Positions 61,717 to 64,000 of a stretch of 64,000 bases of DNA are shown here, piece after piece. Below the pieces are notes generated by a model. The model was not told where the DNA came from. It saw only the letters and a list, made by a program, of their open reading frames with translations, and did no database searches. How positions within the stretch are numbered: the stretch's first letter is position 1; each line of letters begins with the position of its first letter. The DNA is from Terriglobia bacterium. Its GTDB lineage: Bacteria > Acidobacteriota > Terriglobia > Bryobacterales > Bryobacteraceae. The translations under genes and the position numbers were made by a program. The stretch is taken from positions 9,786 to 73,785 of the forward strand of contig JAIQEX010000013.1 in NCBI GenBank assembly GCA_020073615.1, written 5' to 3'.

Positions 61717-62523
61717 TCACCGGCGGCGCGCGGCGATCACGCGGGGGATTCCCGCCAGGTCCGGCTCCGTGCGCACATCCCGCCAGCCGTCGAGCAGCGC
61801 GGACACGTGGGCCAGACTGCCGAAGCCCAGCTCCATAACGAGCCAGCCGCCGGGACGCAGCACGCGCGCGGCATCGGCGGCGATCCGGTCGTACAGTTCG
61901 AAACCGGTCTGGCCGGCGAAGAGCGCCACGTGCGGCTCCCAGTCGCGCACCTCGCGCTGCAAGCCTTGCCGCTCCGTAAGAGGCACGTAGGGCGGGTTGG
62001 AGACTACCAGGTCCATGGTATCGGCGGCGATTGCTTCCATCACATCGCAAACCACCAGGGCAACGCGCGCGCCCAGGCGCCGCGCATTATCGGCGGCCAC
62101 CCCCACGGCCGCGGGAGAAATGTCGGTAGCCCATAATTCGCCGCCGGTCTCCAGTTGCAGCGTCACCGCCAGCGCGCCCGACCCCGTGCCGACGTCGAGC
62201 AGACGCCCGGCGCCCGCCGCCGCTGCGAGCGCCACGGCCACTACGTGCTCCGTCTCGGGCCGCGGAATCAGAACGTCGGGCGTCACGCGAAATTCACGTC
62301 CGTAGAACTCCTGCCGCCGGGTGATGTATTGCGTCGGTTTGCCCTGCAGCCGCTCGTGCAGGTAGCGGCCGTAGTGCAGCCACTCCACCTCTTTCAACTC
62401 CTGTTCGCGGTGGGCATAGAGGTAGACCCGCTCCACATGCATGGCGTGCGCCAGCAGCACTTCGGCGGTGAGCCGGGGAACGGCGATGGCGGCATCCTCC
62501 AGCAGTTGCGTGCCCTGCTGCAA
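61717..62523 (-). CDS. prmC: release-factor glutamine N5-methyltransferase
   Basis: It has 'LLDVGTGSGALAV' (SAM motif) and 'VVSNPPYV' (NPPY). A TTG start lies 14 nt after the prfA stop. Confidence 0.85.
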   Translation of the reverse strand: MQQGTQLLEDAAIAVPRLTAEVLLAHAMHVERVYLYAHREQELKEVEWLHYGRYLHERLQGKPTQYITRRQEFYGREFRVTPDVLIPRPETEHVVAVALAAAAGAGRLLDVGTGSGALAVTLQLETGGELWATDISPAAVGVAADNARRLGARVALVVCDVMEAIAADTMDLVVSNPPYVPLTERQGLQREVRDWEPHVALFAGQTGFELYDRIAADAARVLRPGGWLVMELGFGSLAHVSALLDGWRDVRTEPDLAGIPRVIAARRR

Positions 62524-62537
62524 GGCCGTCGCCGCCG

Positions 62538-63614
62538 TCAGACCGCCACGCCATTCATGGCCTGGTTGGTTCGATAGTGCGCGATGAGCGCGTCGAACAC
62601 CGGGTCCAGCTTGCCGTCCATCACGAAATCCAGTTGATGGAGCGTAAAGCCGATGCGGTGGTCCGTCAGGCGGTTTTGCGGGAAGTTGTAGGTGCGGATC
62701 TTTTCGCTGCGGTCGCCCGTGCCCACCATGCTGCGGCGTTCTGCGCCCAGGGCAGCCTGCTGCTTTTCCAGTTCCATCTCATAGAGCCGCGAGCGCAGCA
62801 CGCGCTCGGCCTTGGCGCGGTTCTTGATCTGCGATTTCTCGTCCTGGCAGGAGACCACCAGGCCCGTGGCCAGATGCGTGATGCGCACCGCCGAGTAGGT
62901 AGTATTCACCGATTGGCCGCCCGGCCCCGAGGAACAGAAGGTGTCGATGCGAATGTCCTTGGGGTCGATCTTCACCTCCACCTCGTCGGCCTCGGGAAGC
63001 ACCGCCACGGTAATCGCCGAAGTGTGCACGCGCCCCTGCTGTTCGGTCACCGGCACGCGCTGCACGCGGTGCACCCCGCTCTCGTACTTCAACCGGCTGT
63101 AAACCTTGTTGCCGCTGACCAGCGCGATCACTTCCTTCAGCCCGCCCACGGAAGATTCGCTCGAGGAAGTCACTTCCATCTTCCAGCCCTGCGATTCCGC
63201 GTAGCGCGAATACATGCGGAACACCTCGGCGGCAAACAGCGTGGCTTCGTCGCCGCCCGTGCCCGCGCGGATCTCGAGCACCACGTTCTTTTCGTCGTTG
63301 GGGTCCTTGGGCAACAGCAGCACGTTGATCTGCTCTTCGACCTTCGCCAGTTCCGGCGCCAGGCTGGCCACCTCTTCCTCGGCCATGGCCCGCAATTCCG
63401 GGTCGCGCTCTTCGAGCATGCCGCGGGCCTGCGCGAGGCCGCTTTCCATCTTTTTCCAATCGCGGTACTTGCCGATAATTTCGGACAGCTCGCTCTGCGC
63501 CTTGGTGATCTTGCGGTACTGCTCGCCGTCGCCGATGACGGCCGGATCGGCCATCTGTTGGGTCAGCTCGTCGTAGCGCTTCTCGAGTTGATCGAGCTTC
63601 TGGACGAATTGCAT
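62538..63614 (-). CDS. prfA: peptide chain release factor 1
   Basis: It has the '[12 protein letters not shown]' GGQ motif and RF1-type domain 2; 358 aa. Confidence 0.95.
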   Translation of the reverse strand: MQFVQKLDQLEKRYDELTQQMADPAVIGDGEQYRKITKAQSELSEIIGKYRDWKKMESGLAQARGMLEERDPELRAMAEEEVASLAPELAKVEEQINVLLLPKDPNDEKNVVLEIRAGTGGDEATLFAAEVFRMYSRYAESQGWKMEVTSSSESSVGGLKEVIALVSGNKVYSRLKYESGVHRVQRVPVTEQQGRVHTSAITVAVLPEADEVEVKIDPKDIRIDTFCSSGPGGQSVNTTYSAVRITHLATGLVVSCQDEKSQIKNRAKAERVLRSRLYEMELEKQQAALGAERRSMVGTGDRSEKIRTYNFPQNRLTDHRIGFTLHQLDFVMDGKLDPVFDALIAHYRTNQAMNGVAV

Positions 63615-63621
63615 GGGATGA

Positions 63622-64000
63622 TCAGGCGATGATCAGCTCGCCGCCCTGCGACTCTTCGAGCGCCATGGCGCCCTCGAGCGCGCGGATGGCCACGGCCGCC
63701 TGCTCGTCGGTCGGCGGCTTGGTGGTAATGCGCTGCAGCCAGAGGCCCGGCGCCGCGATGGCCGCCAGGAACGATCCGCGCCGCCGGGCGGCGAAGCGGA
63801 CCAGCTCATAGCTCACGCCCACAATCAGCGGCAGCAGCAGAATGCGCGACACGAACTTCAGCAGGAATCCATCGAACGGGATGAGCGTGTAAATCGGTAT
63901 GGCCAGAATCATCATCACGAACAGGAAGCTGGTACCGCAGCGCGGGTGGAACGTGGTGAACCGCTGGGCATTGGCCACCGTTACCGGCTGGCCCGATTCG
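63622..64000 (-). CDS. DUF1385-family membrane protein, 3' part (5' end outside the window)
   Basis: The frame is open to the window edge. '[14 protein letters not shown]' is the conserved HPRCGT motif of DUF1385 proteins, which commonly precede prfA. Confidence 0.7.
   Translation of the reverse strand, partial: ESGQPVTVANAQRFTTFHPRCGTSFLFVMMILAIPIYTLIPFDGFLLKFVSRILLLPLIVGVSYELVRFAARRRGSFLAAIAAPGLWLQRITTKPPTDEQAAVAIRALEGAMALEESQGGELIIA

Overview
High-GC (by eye about 65-70%) bacterial chromosomal segment. Gene content points to Acidobacteriota, which is an inference from four things: an ADOP-type duplicated orphan permease, a BlaR1-TonB_C fusion, several PEP-CTERM proteins, and a barrel-type receptor at the left edge. 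I call about 65 protein genes and one tRNA-Gln(CTG). I saw no rRNA, CRISPR array, intact IS element or prophage.

The backbone is housekeeping: cinA, pgpA, yacG-rimO, lysS-lolE, der, bactofilin, smc, cysE, nuoI, dinB, and DUF1385-prfA-prmC.

Small accessory or decayed islets are interspersed:
- An AT-richer islet (211-2198) holds an unassignable 416-aa protein followed by an orphan HigA antitoxin.
- A BrnT/BrnA module sits beside tRNA-Gln and overlaps a gene that is truncated at both ends.
- A lower-GC membrane sulfatase-like gene abuts a decayed vapBC pair.
- A mosaic gene-fragment region lies at about 54.1-54.7 kb.
- A PEP-CTERM cassette splits an AtuA-like gene pair.

Two dispersed short repeat families are the clearest structures that gene calls do not explain:
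- An inverted-repeat element whose arms are three CGCCGAGN octamers (9918-9993 and 39471-39648).
- A G-run, quadruplex-capable 34-mer (25319-25352 and 48965-48998).

Several regulator genes (blaI, the ECF sigma, higA, padR) have promoter-like hexamers or palindromes directly against the start codon. This suggests leaderless or very short-leader mRNAs. No complete, recognisable defence system is visible. The best candidates for something undescribed are the HigA-linked unknown protein and the repeat families. All functional calls rest on motifs read from the translations, since no database search was possible.
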